Shown: positions 19,062 through 29,327, counted from the stretch's first letter. The stretch: DNA of 47,243 nt from Candidatus Woesebacteria bacterium RIFCSPHIGHO2_01_FULL_39_32 (GCA_001792345.1 MGGJ01000002.1:1-47243), one strand, 5' to 3'. Program-made: numbers and translations. The notes: generated from the letters alone by a model not told the origin.

Positions 19062-19143
19062 AAAAGTACAAAGTGCAAAGAGCATAGCGCATAGGTAATC
19101 TTACTTCTTGCCCATACATTTCTTCTTTGAACTTTGCGCTATG
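19062..19143. repeat. Inverted pair of heptamer arrays between rpmH and dnaA
   Basis: AAAAGTA CAAAGTG CAAAGAG CATAGCG CATAG ... CTTTGAA CTTTGCG CTATG. Confidence 0.7.
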
Positions 19144-19159
19144 TCCTTTTTACTATATT

Positions 19160-20533
19160 ATGATTGATAATAATATTCTTTGGCACGAAATTCTAGAAAG
19201 CATCAAGGTAACTGTTTCCCCTGCAAATTTTACAACATGGTTTGCTCAAACTCATTTATCAGATTTAAAAAGAGAGAGAAACAGATTTGTTGCTGAAATA
19301 GGTTGTTCCTCGGCGTTCGTAAAATCGACCATAGAAAGTCGTTATTTCGGTTTAATCCAAGACTCTCTCACGAAATCTCTTGATTTGGCTTGCGATGTTT
19401 CTTTCGTTGTAAAGGAAGATCCTCATATTAAAAGTGGTGATTCTGTTATTCCACCCCTTTTTCAGAAAAGCTCACAAAGCCAAGAAGAAATTAGTCAAAT
19501 AGCCAGAAATTTAGGTATGCGAATTGGCTTTACTTTTGAAAATTTTGCCGTTTCTTCATCAAATCAAATGGCCTGGGCCGCTTCCGACGCTGTGGCCAGA
19601 GATCCTGGAAATGCATACAATCCCTTATTTATTTGGGGAGGGGTAGGAGTTGGAAAGACTCATCTGATGAATGCGGTCGGGTATTCAATTTTAGAGAAAA
19701 ACGCTGATGCTTCCGTAGTTTTTTGTACAGGGGAACAGTTCACAAACGACATTGTTGAAGGCATAAGAAATAAAACGACTCCTCAAGTTAGAAATAAGTA
19801 TAGAAAGATAAAAGCACTCCTAATTGATGATATCCAATTCATTGCAGGAAAAGATGCTGTTCAAGAGGAGTTTTTTCATACATTCAATGCCCTTGTAAAC
19901 ACAGGAAGCCAAGTAATTTTGACTTCTGATAAACCACCAACAGAAATTGCAAGATTAGAAGAAAGATTACGAAGTCGTTTTGAGGCCGGATTAATTGTAG
20001 ATATTGCCCCATCTGATTTTGAATTACGTTGCGCAATTACACAAATTAAAGCTCAGCAAAGGGGATTAGAAATCCCGATGGATTTAATACAACTTATTGC
20101 TGGGAATATGGAAACCGCTCGTAAGATTGAAGGTTTTCTAATACGATTGACTTCAGAGTCCAATCTAAAAAATCTAGAAATAACCTCGGACCTCATAGAA
20201 TCGCTGCTTGAAAAAGCTCCTGAAATCAACGGTCAGTCAAACAAAAAATTAAATCCTACCGATACGATAAATGCCGTTTCTAAGTACTTTTCTCTTGGCA
20301 AAAGATCTCTCTTGGGAACATCTCGTGCTCGACCAATTGCCAGACCAAGACAAATTCTAATGTATATTCTAAGAATAGATCTTGGTCTTCCACTTGAGGA
20401 AGTAGGACGAATTGTAGGAGGGCGCGATCACACAACCGTAATGCACGCTGTTAATAAAATTACTCATCTAGCCTCAAACGATGTGGGTATCCGTGAGGAT
20501 CTGAGGGGGATAAAAAGTATGCTCTGGGGATAA
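19160..20533 (+). CDS. dnaA: Chromosomal replication initiator DnaA
   Basis: YNPLFIWGGVGVGKTHL, LLIDDIQF, QEEFFHTFN, RLRSRF, GGRDHTTVMHA. Confidence 0.99.
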   Translation: MIDNNILWHEILESIKVTVSPANFTTWFAQTHLSDLKRERNRFVAEIGCSSAFVKSTIESRYFGLIQDSLTKSLDLACDVSFVVKEDPHIKSGDSVIPPLFQKSSQSQEEISQIARNLGMRIGFTFENFAVSSSNQMAWAASDAVARDPGNAYNPLFIWGGVGVGKTHLMNAVGYSILEKNADASVVFCTGEQFTNDIVEGIRNKTTPQVRNKYRKIKALLIDDIQFIAGKDAVQEEFFHTFNALVNTGSQVILTSDKPPTEIARLEERLRSRFEAGLIVDIAPSDFELRCAITQIKAQQRGLEIPMDLIQLIAGNMETARKIEGFLIRLTSESNLKNLEITSDLIESLLEKAPEINGQSNKKLNPTDTINAVSKYFSLGKRSLLGTSRARPIARPRQILMYILRIDLGLPLEEVGRIVGGRDHTTVMHAVNKITHLASNDVGIREDLRGIKSMLWG

Positions 20534-20690
20534 AAGTTTATGACTTACTCACTTATCCACAAAATTAAAGTGTTTATCCACAAAATTATCCACATTTTAC
20601 CACGTTTAATGTTAACAACTTATGCTGAGCCTGATTAAACTGAAGTGTCCACATATCAACAAGTACTACTACTAGAACTACTATTAAAAA
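20534..20690. other. Replication origin oriC
   Basis: Three perfect TTATCCACA boxes (20553-61, 20574-82, 20586-94), degenerate tandem boxes (20645-20661), then DnaA-trio run TACTACTACTAGAACTACTA (20664-20683), between dnaA and dnaN. Confidence 0.9.
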
Positions 20691-20708
20691 TGTGATAAAA
20701 GGGGATAT

Positions 20709-21827
20709 ATGAAAGTACAAGTTCTTCAGGAAAATCTTTCTAAAACTTTAAACACCTGTTCCCGATTTGCAAGCTCTAGAGTACAACTTCCAGTACTTGC
20801 CAATATTTTATTTAAAACCAATAAAAATAAGCTTTTAATTGCAGCAACAAATCTTGAAATTTCTATTGCAATTTCGATTGGTGCCAAGGTTGTAAAAGAA
20901 GGAGAATTAACAGTACCTGCAAGAACGATAACAGATATTGTAACAAATCTAACTCCTGGCCAAATTGATTTAGAAGTAGAAAAGGAGTTACTGAAAGTAA
21001 CTACACCTAGTTTTGAGTCAAGTTTAATGGGAATGAATGCGGCTGATTTTCCTTCTATACCGTATGACTTGGGATTAGATTCGTTGACTATTCCCGCTAA
21101 AGATTTAGTTAATGCACTCGACTGCGTACTTTTTGCTGTTTCATTGGATGAAACTAGACCCACTCTTACTGGTGTACTTATTTTACTGAGAGAAAAAGAA
21201 ATTGTTTTTGTTGCAACTGATGGTTTTCGTTTATCTCAAAAAAAGATAGCAGTATCTGGTGTTAAAGAAGAGAAAAAAATGATTTTACCAAAAAATGCCC
21301 TATCTGAACTTTTAAAATTAGCAGCAGATTCTGATGATGTTAAATTTTCGTTTAAAAAAGCTGAAAATCAAGTTGTATTTGGAATTTCGGATTCGATCCT
21401 TGCTACACGCGTGATAGAAGGGGAATTTCCTCCCTATGAGAAGATTATACCAACAGATTTAAAAGTAAAGTTAGTTTTAGACAAAGAAGAATTTTTAAGA
21501 GCAGTTAAATTAGCTTCAGTTTTTGCAAAAGATGCGGCTAACGTTGTTAAATTATCAATTGGTAGTGATGTTTTAGAGGTTTTCGCTGAAAGTTCGCAAT
21601 CCGGAAGTCAAAAAGCTAAAGTTGATGCAAAAGTTGATGGTGTAAAAGATAAGGATAGTCAACTTACGGTTGCTTTTAACTATCGTTTTTTGGAAGACTT
21701 TTTAAACGCGGTCAAGTCCGACGACGTTCAAATGGAATTTTCAAATCCGAATGCCCCCGCTCTCTTTTTAGATCCAAAAGACACAAATTTCCTTCACATA
21801 ATCATGCCTGTTAGACTACAATCTTAA
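20709..21827 (+). CDS. dnaN: DNA polymerase III beta clamp
   Basis: LPVLANI, ATNLEI, ETRPTLTGV, VATDGFRL, EGEFPPYEKIIP, IIMPVRL. Confidence 0.98.
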   Translation: MKVQVLQENLSKTLNTCSRFASSRVQLPVLANILFKTNKNKLLIAATNLEISIAISIGAKVVKEGELTVPARTITDIVTNLTPGQIDLEVEKELLKVTTPSFESSLMGMNAADFPSIPYDLGLDSLTIPAKDLVNALDCVLFAVSLDETRPTLTGVLILLREKEIVFVATDGFRLSQKKIAVSGVKEEKKMILPKNALSELLKLAADSDDVKFSFKKAENQVVFGISDSILATRVIEGEFPPYEKIIPTDLKVKLVLDKEEFLRAVKLASVFAKDAANVVKLSIGSDVLEVFAESSQSGSQKAKVDAKVDGVKDKDSQLTVAFNYRFLEDFLNAVKSDDVQMEFSNPNAPALFLDPKDTNFLHIIMPVRLQS

Positions 21828-21828
21828 T

Positions 21829-22416
21829 TTAATAACGACCTTGTGGTATTTGCGTTGATGGAGGAGTTTTTGAATATTCTGATGCGAATTTGCTATTAAA
21901 TATTTCCAAAGTGTTGGTGGGGAAATACCAAACTTCCAAGAGTACACCACTTTCTTCTTGCCCTATATATGCAACTCCCTTTTCAGGATAGACGTACAAA
22001 TTAAATCCAGCAATGTATCTTGGTCCATAAAGAACGTCTTTCGGTTCTCCAAAATTCTTTTTAATATCATTAATAGTTTTTTGGTCGCTTATGTAAACAG
22101 TTTCTTTTATTAAGGTAACTTTATCTTCTTCGAAAAGTATTTCGTGGGGTTTGCCTGGAGCGGAGGATTTAAATTGGAGTAAATTCCCACTTTGATCTTC
22201 CTTCAGGGGAGTTCCCAGCTTTTCAATCACTTCCGCTTTGGTGCTAGTTCCAGGAGAAATGTTTTTAAAGTTTGTTAGCTGTTCCAATGGTTTATTTTCA
22301 ACAGGTTCTTCTGATTCCTTTTGAAGAAAGATTTTATCTATGATGATGAGCGAAAATAGAATTGCAAGAAGGATGACGATTGTTTTATGTGTTTTTATAA
22401 ACTGAATCATTGTCAT
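21829..22416 (-). CDS. Hypothetical membrane-anchored protein, last gene of the T4SS-like cluster
   Basis: N-terminal TM; co-oriented 12 bp from the upstream gene. Confidence 0.7.
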   Translation of the reverse strand: MTMIQFIKTHKTIVILLAILFSLIIIDKIFLQKESEEPVENKPLEQLTNFKNISPGTSTKAEVIEKLGTPLKEDQSGNLLQFKSSAPGKPHEILFEEDKVTLIKETVYISDQKTINDIKKNFGEPKDVLYGPRYIAGFNLYVYPEKGVAYIGQEESGVLLEVWYFPTNTLEIFNSKFASEYSKTPPSTQIPQGRY

Positions 22417-22428
22417 TAATTATATCTC

Positions 22429-25302
22429 TTACTCTTGAAAAACTGTATTTTTTGCAAAATCGTAATGGATTGGATACAAGTCCTGGAAAGTAGTTCCGGG
22501 CCCGCAATATGTTGGACCCGACCAAAAAGTAGGCATTTGAGCATATAGTGCGTTTCCTTCTGCGAAACCTTCAGAAGGATCCGATGTGGACGAGTAGCTG
22601 CATAAAGGTAGTTCAGACGATGCTCCTGAACCTTCGTATGCTGATTGAAGTTCAGGCATTATTTCAGGTTTTTGTAAATGATGTGAGGACTCATGAGTTA
22701 AGATGTAGATCGAGTCCTGTAGATTATCTACGCCTCCAGCATCAAATTTAATATCGCAAGCCTTCGTGTGTGTGTGCCATCCCCATAGGCTTACTGCGGG
22801 CGGATCGTAGCATAGATTGACAGGTCCCCATGAAGTACTGCTGCAAACTTTAGCAACAAAAAGCGGGTGTTGGGAAACTAAATCAGATACGGCCGCTTCC
22901 ATATTAGCCTTGTAGTTTGCAGGCCAAGGATAAGCATTATCAACAACCGCGTAACATCCAGTCGGACATTCTCCAATACAAATACTAGCAAAACCAGATG
23001 CTTCTGAACGATTGGCACCTTCAGGGGTAGCCGCAACCGTAAATGTGTCAACTATTAAAGAATCGTTAAAATCTGTAGATCCGTTGCCATCAACATCTCC
23101 ATAGACAACGTCATACATTATTACGTACGACGTGCCAGCTGAGATACTTGGGGGAACAGCGTCTGTAAATGATGGAAATGTTTGTGGTCCAACCCGAATG
23201 TTTTTGGGGTCAGGACAGGTTTGACTATAATCCGCTTTGACTTCACATTTGTAAGTAAAAGTAATTGCTGTCAAAGTACCTTGTTTAGCTGTAATCGTAA
23301 TAGTATAAGTTGCATTAATTTCTGTATTATTTGGTCCTTCGGTGGGGGAAGCTACTTTTTTGACCTCAATATAAGGTGATTCAGGTACTCCGGGAGTAAA
23401 GTTATACCCTCCCCACGGAACTACGAAGGCGCTGTTGTTGATAATAAATACTATAAATATAAATAGTAATGGTACGGCAATTACCCCAATTAATATCGCA
23501 GGTGTAAATATTGGTGCAGCTACCGTGATTGCACCGAGCAAGAGTGTATTCACAAAGCCTGCTGCCTGTCCGCCTGCCGCCATTGCCCCAACCGAGCTTA
23601 AGTAAGAAGCCCCCATTGTTCCAGCTCCAGCTAGTGCGAGACCAGAACTTCCCGTGGCTAAACCTCCAACCAACATAAGCGCCCCTAAACCCATTATTGC
23701 TTTTCTGGTATCTTTTTCTCCGGTTAATAATCGGGGAATAAAAGAAAGAATATTTTTAGCGACATTTTTTAGAGTACCTAGAACCTGCAAAGCAATTGCT
23801 ACAGCTGTGCCGACTCCGGGTGCAACAGCGCTTGCTATAGCAGTGATACCTAATTTTGTAGCCAACCAAGTGGCACCCTTTTTAAGAATTCCCTTTGCTC
23901 CCGCCTTAACGCTACTTACAGCAAGTTGTTTAACTTCAGTTTTTGCAATCGTCTTCGTTGTGGTTTTTAGTGCTTTTCCTGCTAATTTCTGACTGGTTTC
24001 AATAAGTGACTTTGTTTGATTAAAAAATGAACCAATATCGGGAGAAAGATATCCGTTTTGTCTTTCTAGACGTAAGGTGGGTAATTCTGCGCTGGTCGGA
24101 ATGGTTGATTGTATAGATATTTCGGGATTTCTGTTGGCAATTTCTAATTGTTTACTAACGTCTTTATCAAATCCTTCTAGTGCAATTAAAGCCTTATTTA
24201 AGTCTTGTTCTTGTTGGAGTGTGATTATGTTATTATTGACTGCCTCAATTCCGGCCCCTTCTAGTTTTTCAGGTGTTCCTCCTCCAAGATGGAACGCAAG
24301 CGCGGTATTTATATGTCTATCGTCTAAACCGATCTCGTCAATTGCATCTTGACTAAAACCTGCATTTTTTAAAGCTTCATTTGTTTCAAACTTAGTGGTT
24401 ACATCTGAAGTAAAGGGACCTGCGGCTGATACGGTATTTGCATAATCCGCTGTATTTACTCTTGCTTCAGTAGTTTTTTTTGATTCAGCAGTCGTCGGAG
24501 TAAAGACTATGTAAACATCGCGTGACCCTGTTGGGGTTCCTGCCTCTGTTGGTTGTTCTTGTGCTGCGGCCTCCTTTGTTCTCCAGGGCTCCTTACCACT
24601 AACACGATCATAATTTTCTCGGTTTGTATCGTTTGATAAAACTGCGTATGCTTCGTTGATGTCTCTCGTTTTTTCTCCATACTCAATTTTTAGATTTTGC
24701 CATTCTGCTTCTGATATTTTTCCGCTTCGAAACATAGCCTCTGCTTTGTCGGGATGGTATTGTAAAAGCTGTTTTCTATATGCGCTTTTAATCTGATCTT
24801 GGGGTATATCAGGATCAACGCTAAGAATTTGATAGTAATCACGGACAGTAGTTTTGGGTGGGGCTTTAGGTCCAGCCTCATAAGTTTTTTCTCTTTGTCT
24901 TTCCTCATATCTAGCCTTTTCACCCGTTTTTTCCTTGTCAGTTTCTGGCTGTTCTTCTACAATTTGGAGTTCTTTTGTCTCGGGGATCATTTCCGCTTCT
25001 TCCCCCTCTATTGTTCCTAGCGCTTTTTCTTTTTCCGAGGTATCTTGAAGTGCTTTATATAATTCTTCGTAAGCAATAGGCTCTATTTTTAAAAGTTCTT
25101 TTTCAAGGTTTTTAGCTTCGCCTGGAGGAAGTAGCTCAATTTCTTTTTGGGAAAGCGGTTTTATCTTTAATCTCGAGTCTGGGATGAAGCGAGATATTGA
25201 AAGTATAAACTGAGTAAGTCCCCAAAGACCTTTAAATTTATACCTATTTTCTAATAATCCTACTACCTCCGAATGTTGAGAACTTGCTAAGATATTTGCC
25301 AT
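22429..25302 (-). CDS. Large membrane protein with J-domain, Gly/Ala-rich TM region and C-terminal HExxH metallopeptidase-like domain
   Basis: RDYYQILSV...IKSAYRK...YHPDK...INEAYAVLS...RENYD; ILTHESSH...EGFAE; GDVDGNGSTDFND. Confidence 0.75.
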   Translation of the reverse strand: MANILASSQHSEVVGLLENRYKFKGLWGLTQFILSISRFIPDSRLKIKPLSQKEIELLPPGEAKNLEKELLKIEPIAYEELYKALQDTSEKEKALGTIEGEEAEMIPETKELQIVEEQPETDKEKTGEKARYEERQREKTYEAGPKAPPKTTVRDYYQILSVDPDIPQDQIKSAYRKQLLQYHPDKAEAMFRSGKISEAEWQNLKIEYGEKTRDINEAYAVLSNDTNRENYDRVSGKEPWRTKEAAAQEQPTEAGTPTGSRDVYIVFTPTTAESKKTTEARVNTADYANTVSAAGPFTSDVTTKFETNEALKNAGFSQDAIDEIGLDDRHINTALAFHLGGGTPEKLEGAGIEAVNNNIITLQQEQDLNKALIALEGFDKDVSKQLEIANRNPEISIQSTIPTSAELPTLRLERQNGYLSPDIGSFFNQTKSLIETSQKLAGKALKTTTKTIAKTEVKQLAVSSVKAGAKGILKKGATWLATKLGITAIASAVAPGVGTAVAIALQVLGTLKNVAKNILSFIPRLLTGEKDTRKAIMGLGALMLVGGLATGSSGLALAGAGTMGASYLSSVGAMAAGGQAAGFVNTLLLGAITVAAPIFTPAILIGVIAVPLLFIFIVFIINNSAFVVPWGGYNFTPGVPESPYIEVKKVASPTEGPNNTEINATYTITITAKQGTLTAITFTYKCEVKADYSQTCPDPKNIRVGPQTFPSFTDAVPPSISAGTSYVIMYDVVYGDVDGNGSTDFNDSLIVDTFTVAATPEGANRSEASGFASICIGECPTGCYAVVDNAYPWPANYKANMEAAVSDLVSQHPLFVAKVCSSTSWGPVNLCYDPPAVSLWGWHTHTKACDIKFDAGGVDNLQDSIYILTHESSHHLQKPEIMPELQSAYEGSGASSELPLCSYSSTSDPSEGFAEGNALYAQMPTFWSGPTYCGPGTTFQDLYPIHYDFAKNTVFQE

Positions 25303-25321
25303 ACCAAGATTTTACACTAAT

Positions 25322-27256
25322 TTATTGTGTTTCTTTAGTTATTACTCGCGCGGTCTCACCCGGAGAAACTGCGTTTGTAAAGCTTGTCAGTTGTTGTGCT
25401 TGCTGTAATAATTCTGAAGGTTTTGTAGTAATTAATTTATGTTCTTCAGCCGAAGCTACAACGCTAATTGGAGCATGGTTTGTTCCGGCAAAAAAGATAC
25501 CTTCCCCGATATTTGCACCCAGCAAAAGATTCCGTTCTCCTTGAGATAAATAAAAAACTTCTCCTACCCTGTCTATCGCTGCAGGAGACTGCTTGAAAAG
25601 AACTCTAAGGGCGCTGTTGGTCACAATTGCTTTACCTATATCTTGTGCAAGGAAATCTTCCACATCCTGAGTGATTGTAGTTAAACCAAGATAGTATTTT
25701 CTGGCACGTTTTACAATAGACCAAAGAAACTGTGCCGAATCTTCATACCTCATCATATGCCAGGCCTCATCGACTACCATAAGTCGAGGTTTTAAATCTT
25801 TTCTAATTCGAGTCCATATAAAGTCCAGAATTACAAACATTGCGATTGGTCTTAACGCATCTTGAAGTTCACGAATTGAAAAAACGGTGAATGGGTTTTC
25901 AATTTCTATATTTGTTTGTTTGTCAAAAATTCCAACAAAAGATCCTCTTACAAATTTTTCAATTCTAGCTGCCAGGTCAAGTGCTTCTGGAGTTTCCATT
26001 CCGATCAGGATTTTATAAAGATCCTCCATTAAAGGAGCTTCTTTAGTTTGCGTAATAGGATCTTGTGTTATGCCCTTGCTTCTATATGTGGCAACAATCG
26101 CTCTATCCAAAAGGGCATCTTGTAAAGGAGTGATAGCACCCATTATTACTTTAAAAAGTGAATGTAGGGATAGAATTTTTAAGCCTAAATTATTTTCTCC
26201 CGGTTCATATACCTGAGCAAGATCAAAGGGATTAATTTTCGACGGTGAAGAAAAAGAAAAGGATATATGCTGCCCTCCTACGGCCTCCGCTAGGGCTTTA
26301 TATTCGCCTTCGGGGTCTATTACTATTACTTCTGTTCCCAACATTAATGAACGTACGGACTCCAGTTTTACAAAATAGCTTTTTCCGGCGCCGCTAGTCG
26401 CGAATATGGTCATATTGCTGTTCTCTAGAGAAAACCTATCGAAGATGATAAACGAGCCGTTTTGCGTGTTAATTCCATAAAGAACACCTTTGTCGCCGGA
26501 TAGTTCTGCAGAGGTAAGGGGAAAAGTTGTTGCTAGGGAAGTTGTATCCATATTTCTTGTAATAGAGAGCCTGTCGAGGCCAAAAGGAGCAGTTGATAAA
26601 AATCCGTTTTCCATATCAAGAGTTGTGTGCTGTGCTTTAATTAAAGTTGATCCTAGAGTGGATTCGACCTGCTTTGATATGTGATTGAGTTGTTCCAAGT
26701 CAGCAGCACGAACAGTTATATAGAATCCGAATTCATAAAAATGCTCAGCACCTTTAACCAATTCTTCTTGAAGTAGCCTAGCGTCTTCAAGTTTTGCTGT
26801 TGTGGCGGGATCGACTATTTTTCCTCTTTCCAAATCGGTTGATATTTCTGCCTCCATCTCTGCAACTTTTCTCATAAGGTCATCCAATACGCTTTTCCCC
26901 TCGATTGGGTAGATGAAAAAGGAAACATCTAATGAACTGTTAAAATTTATTATTTGTTCGAGCCAGCCTGGAGAAACAAATCGAGGGTAACCCGAAATAA
27001 AAAGTGTTCGTAGATAGACGCCGTCTATTTGTAAGTAATCAAAGTCAATTTCCACTTTTCTAGGTGCGATGACGTCCAGTAAATCCATATTTTGAGTTGC
27101 TATTGCTGCTACAGGATCGACAATTTCGGGCTTGTTTGTAGAATCTTGCAGTGCTTCTTGGGGTTGGGTCGAGAGATTTTGGACGATGGCAGAAGCACCC
27201 TTCGGATTTTCAGGAGGACTGGATTTTTTGATGCGTTTTAAAAAATTAAAGGCCAT
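25322..27256 (-). CDS. virB4: VirB4/TraC-like type IV secretion ATPase
   Basis: Walker A ATSGAGKS, VIDPEGEY, INPFD, Walker B MVVDEAW, RARKY, TQDVEDF. Confidence 0.9.
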   Translation of the reverse strand: MAFNFLKRIKKSSPPENPKGASAIVQNLSTQPQEALQDSTNKPEIVDPVAAIATQNMDLLDVIAPRKVEIDFDYLQIDGVYLRTLFISGYPRFVSPGWLEQIINFNSSLDVSFFIYPIEGKSVLDDLMRKVAEMEAEISTDLERGKIVDPATTAKLEDARLLQEELVKGAEHFYEFGFYITVRAADLEQLNHISKQVESTLGSTLIKAQHTTLDMENGFLSTAPFGLDRLSITRNMDTTSLATTFPLTSAELSGDKGVLYGINTQNGSFIIFDRFSLENSNMTIFATSGAGKSYFVKLESVRSLMLGTEVIVIDPEGEYKALAEAVGGQHISFSFSSPSKINPFDLAQVYEPGENNLGLKILSLHSLFKVIMGAITPLQDALLDRAIVATYRSKGITQDPITQTKEAPLMEDLYKILIGMETPEALDLAARIEKFVRGSFVGIFDKQTNIEIENPFTVFSIRELQDALRPIAMFVILDFIWTRIRKDLKPRLMVVDEAWHMMRYEDSAQFLWSIVKRARKYYLGLTTITQDVEDFLAQDIGKAIVTNSALRVLFKQSPAAIDRVGEVFYLSQGERNLLLGANIGEGIFFAGTNHAPISVVASAEEHKLITTKPSELLQQAQQLTSFTNAVSPGETARVITKETQ

Positions 27257-27261
27257 ATAAT

Positions 27262-27930
27262 TTAAGCAAAAATGTCCTTCTCTTTTACGGGTGTTTCAGG
27301 ATTATAGACATTATAGAAAAGTTCAATTAGCTCCTCTGTTGTTAATTGTTTCAGTTTAATGGTTAGTCGACCCGCCTGTCTAATTAAGTGGTCTCGTTTG
27401 GGGAAAAGAGAAATTTTTGCTTTACGGATTACATATGATTTTGGATAAGGCAAGGGAGCTATCTTTTTTGAGGTTCTAAAAGTTGAAGCAATTGACTTTG
27501 CAACACCAAGTTCATAGGGAGTGAAAAGAATGACGATATAAAATCGTTTACTTAATACATTCTTCTTTTTAATAGCATCTTGGATAAACTTTTTGTAGTC
27601 TTCCATCAACCCAAGTAATTTTTGATTCTTGATTCTCTTTCCGGCTTCTACTAGAAAATCCATATAGCTACTTATATCTTTCTTTTGGCTTCGTACTACA
27701 ATTTGAACAGCAAAGTTAAAAGAATTAAGTAGTCCTGCGTAACTTGCAATTACAGCTCGCTGTTCCGTTTCGGATAACAGCCCGAAATTTAGAGACGTTG
27801 ATTCCATGACAAGTGCTGCACCACCGTTTTCGTAAATTACAACCCCATCGACAATGTCGGCAATAGGTAGTAGGTCCTGAGTGGACGAGCTTAATGCTTT
27901 ATCCGGCGTACTTAGTAAAGGTATTCTCAT
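27262..27930 (-). CDS. Conserved T4SS-associated protein (TraC/VirB4 N-terminal-like)
   Basis: STQDLLPIADIVDGVV, NFGLLSETEQ, LNSFNFAVQIVVRS, ELFYNVYNP; between PrgI-like gene and virB4. Confidence 0.65.
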   Translation of the reverse strand: MRIPLLSTPDKALSSSTQDLLPIADIVDGVVIYENGGAALVMESTSLNFGLLSETEQRAVIASYAGLLNSFNFAVQIVVRSQKKDISSYMDFLVEAGKRIKNQKLLGLMEDYKKFIQDAIKKKNVLSKRFYIVILFTPYELGVAKSIASTFRTSKKIAPLPYPKSYVIRKAKISLFPKRDHLIRQAGRLTIKLKQLTTEELIELFYNVYNPETPVKEKDIFA

Positions 27931-27934
27931 TTTA

Positions 27935-28912
27935 TTAAGATATTAAGTTTTCAGATTGTTTTTTCGACCATATTGCGATTGGCGGAATAATTTCACCTTT
28001 TGCTTCAAGAGTGATGGGTTCAAAAGTGTAGCCTTCTTTTTCTGTGATTATTTCATACATTCCGTTAAGTAGCGGTGTAACAATCATAAAGTGTCCCAGT
28101 TTATTGCTCTTCAACGCCCTAACCGGCCTACCTTCCGAATCTCTTATTTCCAAAATTGCTGCTTCGATTATTCCGCCACTTGGGTCCACAACCTGACCTA
28201 CTATTACGTTCGGTTTTGTAGGAGGACTGGGGGGAGCAGCTTCCTGAGAAAATTGAGCAACCTGTACTCCTTCAATTTTTTTACCCACAGAAGGAGTTAG
28301 CGTAGATATATTTGTCGGCTGAGGTGTTGCCTCAGGCGTTTCATTTATTCTAGCTTTTTCCTCTTGTGATACGGTAATTATTGGAGACGCAGGGACTTTC
28401 TCTTCCTGTGAAGGAGGTTCTGGGAGGGTTACTGATTGGGGAGAAATCCCTTGGACGCTTGCTAACTGTTGAGTAACGCTTGAGAGAAATGCACTTTCCT
28501 TTTCCTCGAGGTTTTTCAGCTCAGGTGCAGGAGTCATAACAGGAGTGCTTTCGCGCGGAATAGATATTTGAGTTTCAGTAGTGCCGGGTTCAGGCGAAAA
28601 AAAATTTTGTTTCTTTTGGCCCTTTCGCCACACATAAAGGGTTGGGGAATATATCGATTTAATGAATAGAAAGATCCACGTTGAGAGCGGACGATCTTGA
28701 AGTGGGAAAAAAGCAAAGGCGATCCCTGTTAGAAAAGAAAGTATGATAAGTGGCCACTTTACATAACTTGCTGCATTACTGGTGTAAACCAAAAGTGCCA
28801 CAAGTGCTCCACCCGCCACTTGGAAAAACTGCTTGATCGTCATGTCTCCCACAAGCCTGAATTGGTAGGCAGAGATCTGTTGTGGTATCGGATGCTGTTC
28901 TTCGAGTTCCAT
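27935..28912 (-). CDS. PrgI-family membrane protein with C-terminal beta-sandwich domain
   Basis: QHPIPQQISAYQFRLVGDMTIKQF, two TM, DRPLSTW; Pro-rich linker; VGQVVDPSG...GMYEIITEKEGYTF. Confidence 0.75.
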   Translation of the reverse strand: MELEEQHPIPQQISAYQFRLVGDMTIKQFFQVAGGALVALLVYTSNAASYVKWPLIILSFLTGIAFAFFPLQDRPLSTWIFLFIKSIYSPTLYVWRKGQKKQNFFSPEPGTTETQISIPRESTPVMTPAPELKNLEEKESAFLSSVTQQLASVQGISPQSVTLPEPPSQEEKVPASPIITVSQEEKARINETPEATPQPTNISTLTPSVGKKIEGVQVAQFSQEAAPPSPPTKPNVIVGQVVDPSGGIIEAAILEIRDSEGRPVRALKSNKLGHFMIVTPLLNGMYEIITEKEGYTFEPITLEAKGEIIPPIAIWSKKQSENLIS

Positions 28913-28917
28913 AATTA

Positions 28918-28942
28918 GAGTAAATGAGCGTGAGAGTATAAG
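28918..28942 (+). repeat. Octamer array, left flank of four-helix-bundle pseudogene
   Basis: GAGTAAAT GAGCGTGA GAGTATAA G. Confidence 0.75.
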
Positions 28943-28950
28943 TTAACTTT

Positions 28951-29327
28951 TTAACTTCTCAAGCTCTTCTGATAACTGTACAAAAGCTTTTTAGCTTCTA
29001 AAACAAGCGAACTTATTTCTTCGAATTTCATTTTATCAAAATATCCTAGTTCATATGAAACCTTAAAATATATTCTAGTTCATTAATTGATCCCTTACTG
29101 ATATCTAAGAAACGTATTAACTCTTTTCTTGAGGTCTTTGAGTATCCTTTAACTATATTAGCAGTTATAGAAATTGCAGCACGTCGCATTTGTGGTGCTA
29201 AAACAAACAGCTCTTCTTTAGGATACCCTTTTGTTAACTTGTATGTGGCTAATACCAATCCAAAAGACTTTTGATATACAATTAATTTTTCGTAACCTTG
29301 TTTCTGGTAGGCAGTTTTAATACTCAC
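28951..29327 (-). pseudogene. Frameshifted four-helix-bundle protein (23S rRNA-IVP/Avd-like)
   Basis: YEKLIVYQKS, YPKEELFVLAPQMRRAAISITANIVKG, RFLDISKGSINELE; 1-bp loss near 29070, other frame continues YFKVSYELGYFD...KKLLYSYQKSLRS* to 28951. Confidence 0.85.

Noticed and set aside
18965-19159. N-terminal extensions of L34 (from 19078) and DnaA (from 19127)
   Set aside because: Artefacts of upstream alternative start codons; homology begins at 18964 and about 19160
20664-20683. TAC microsatellite as part of the repeat-insertion family
   Set aside because: Period 3 and position next to DnaA boxes are explained by DnaA-trios
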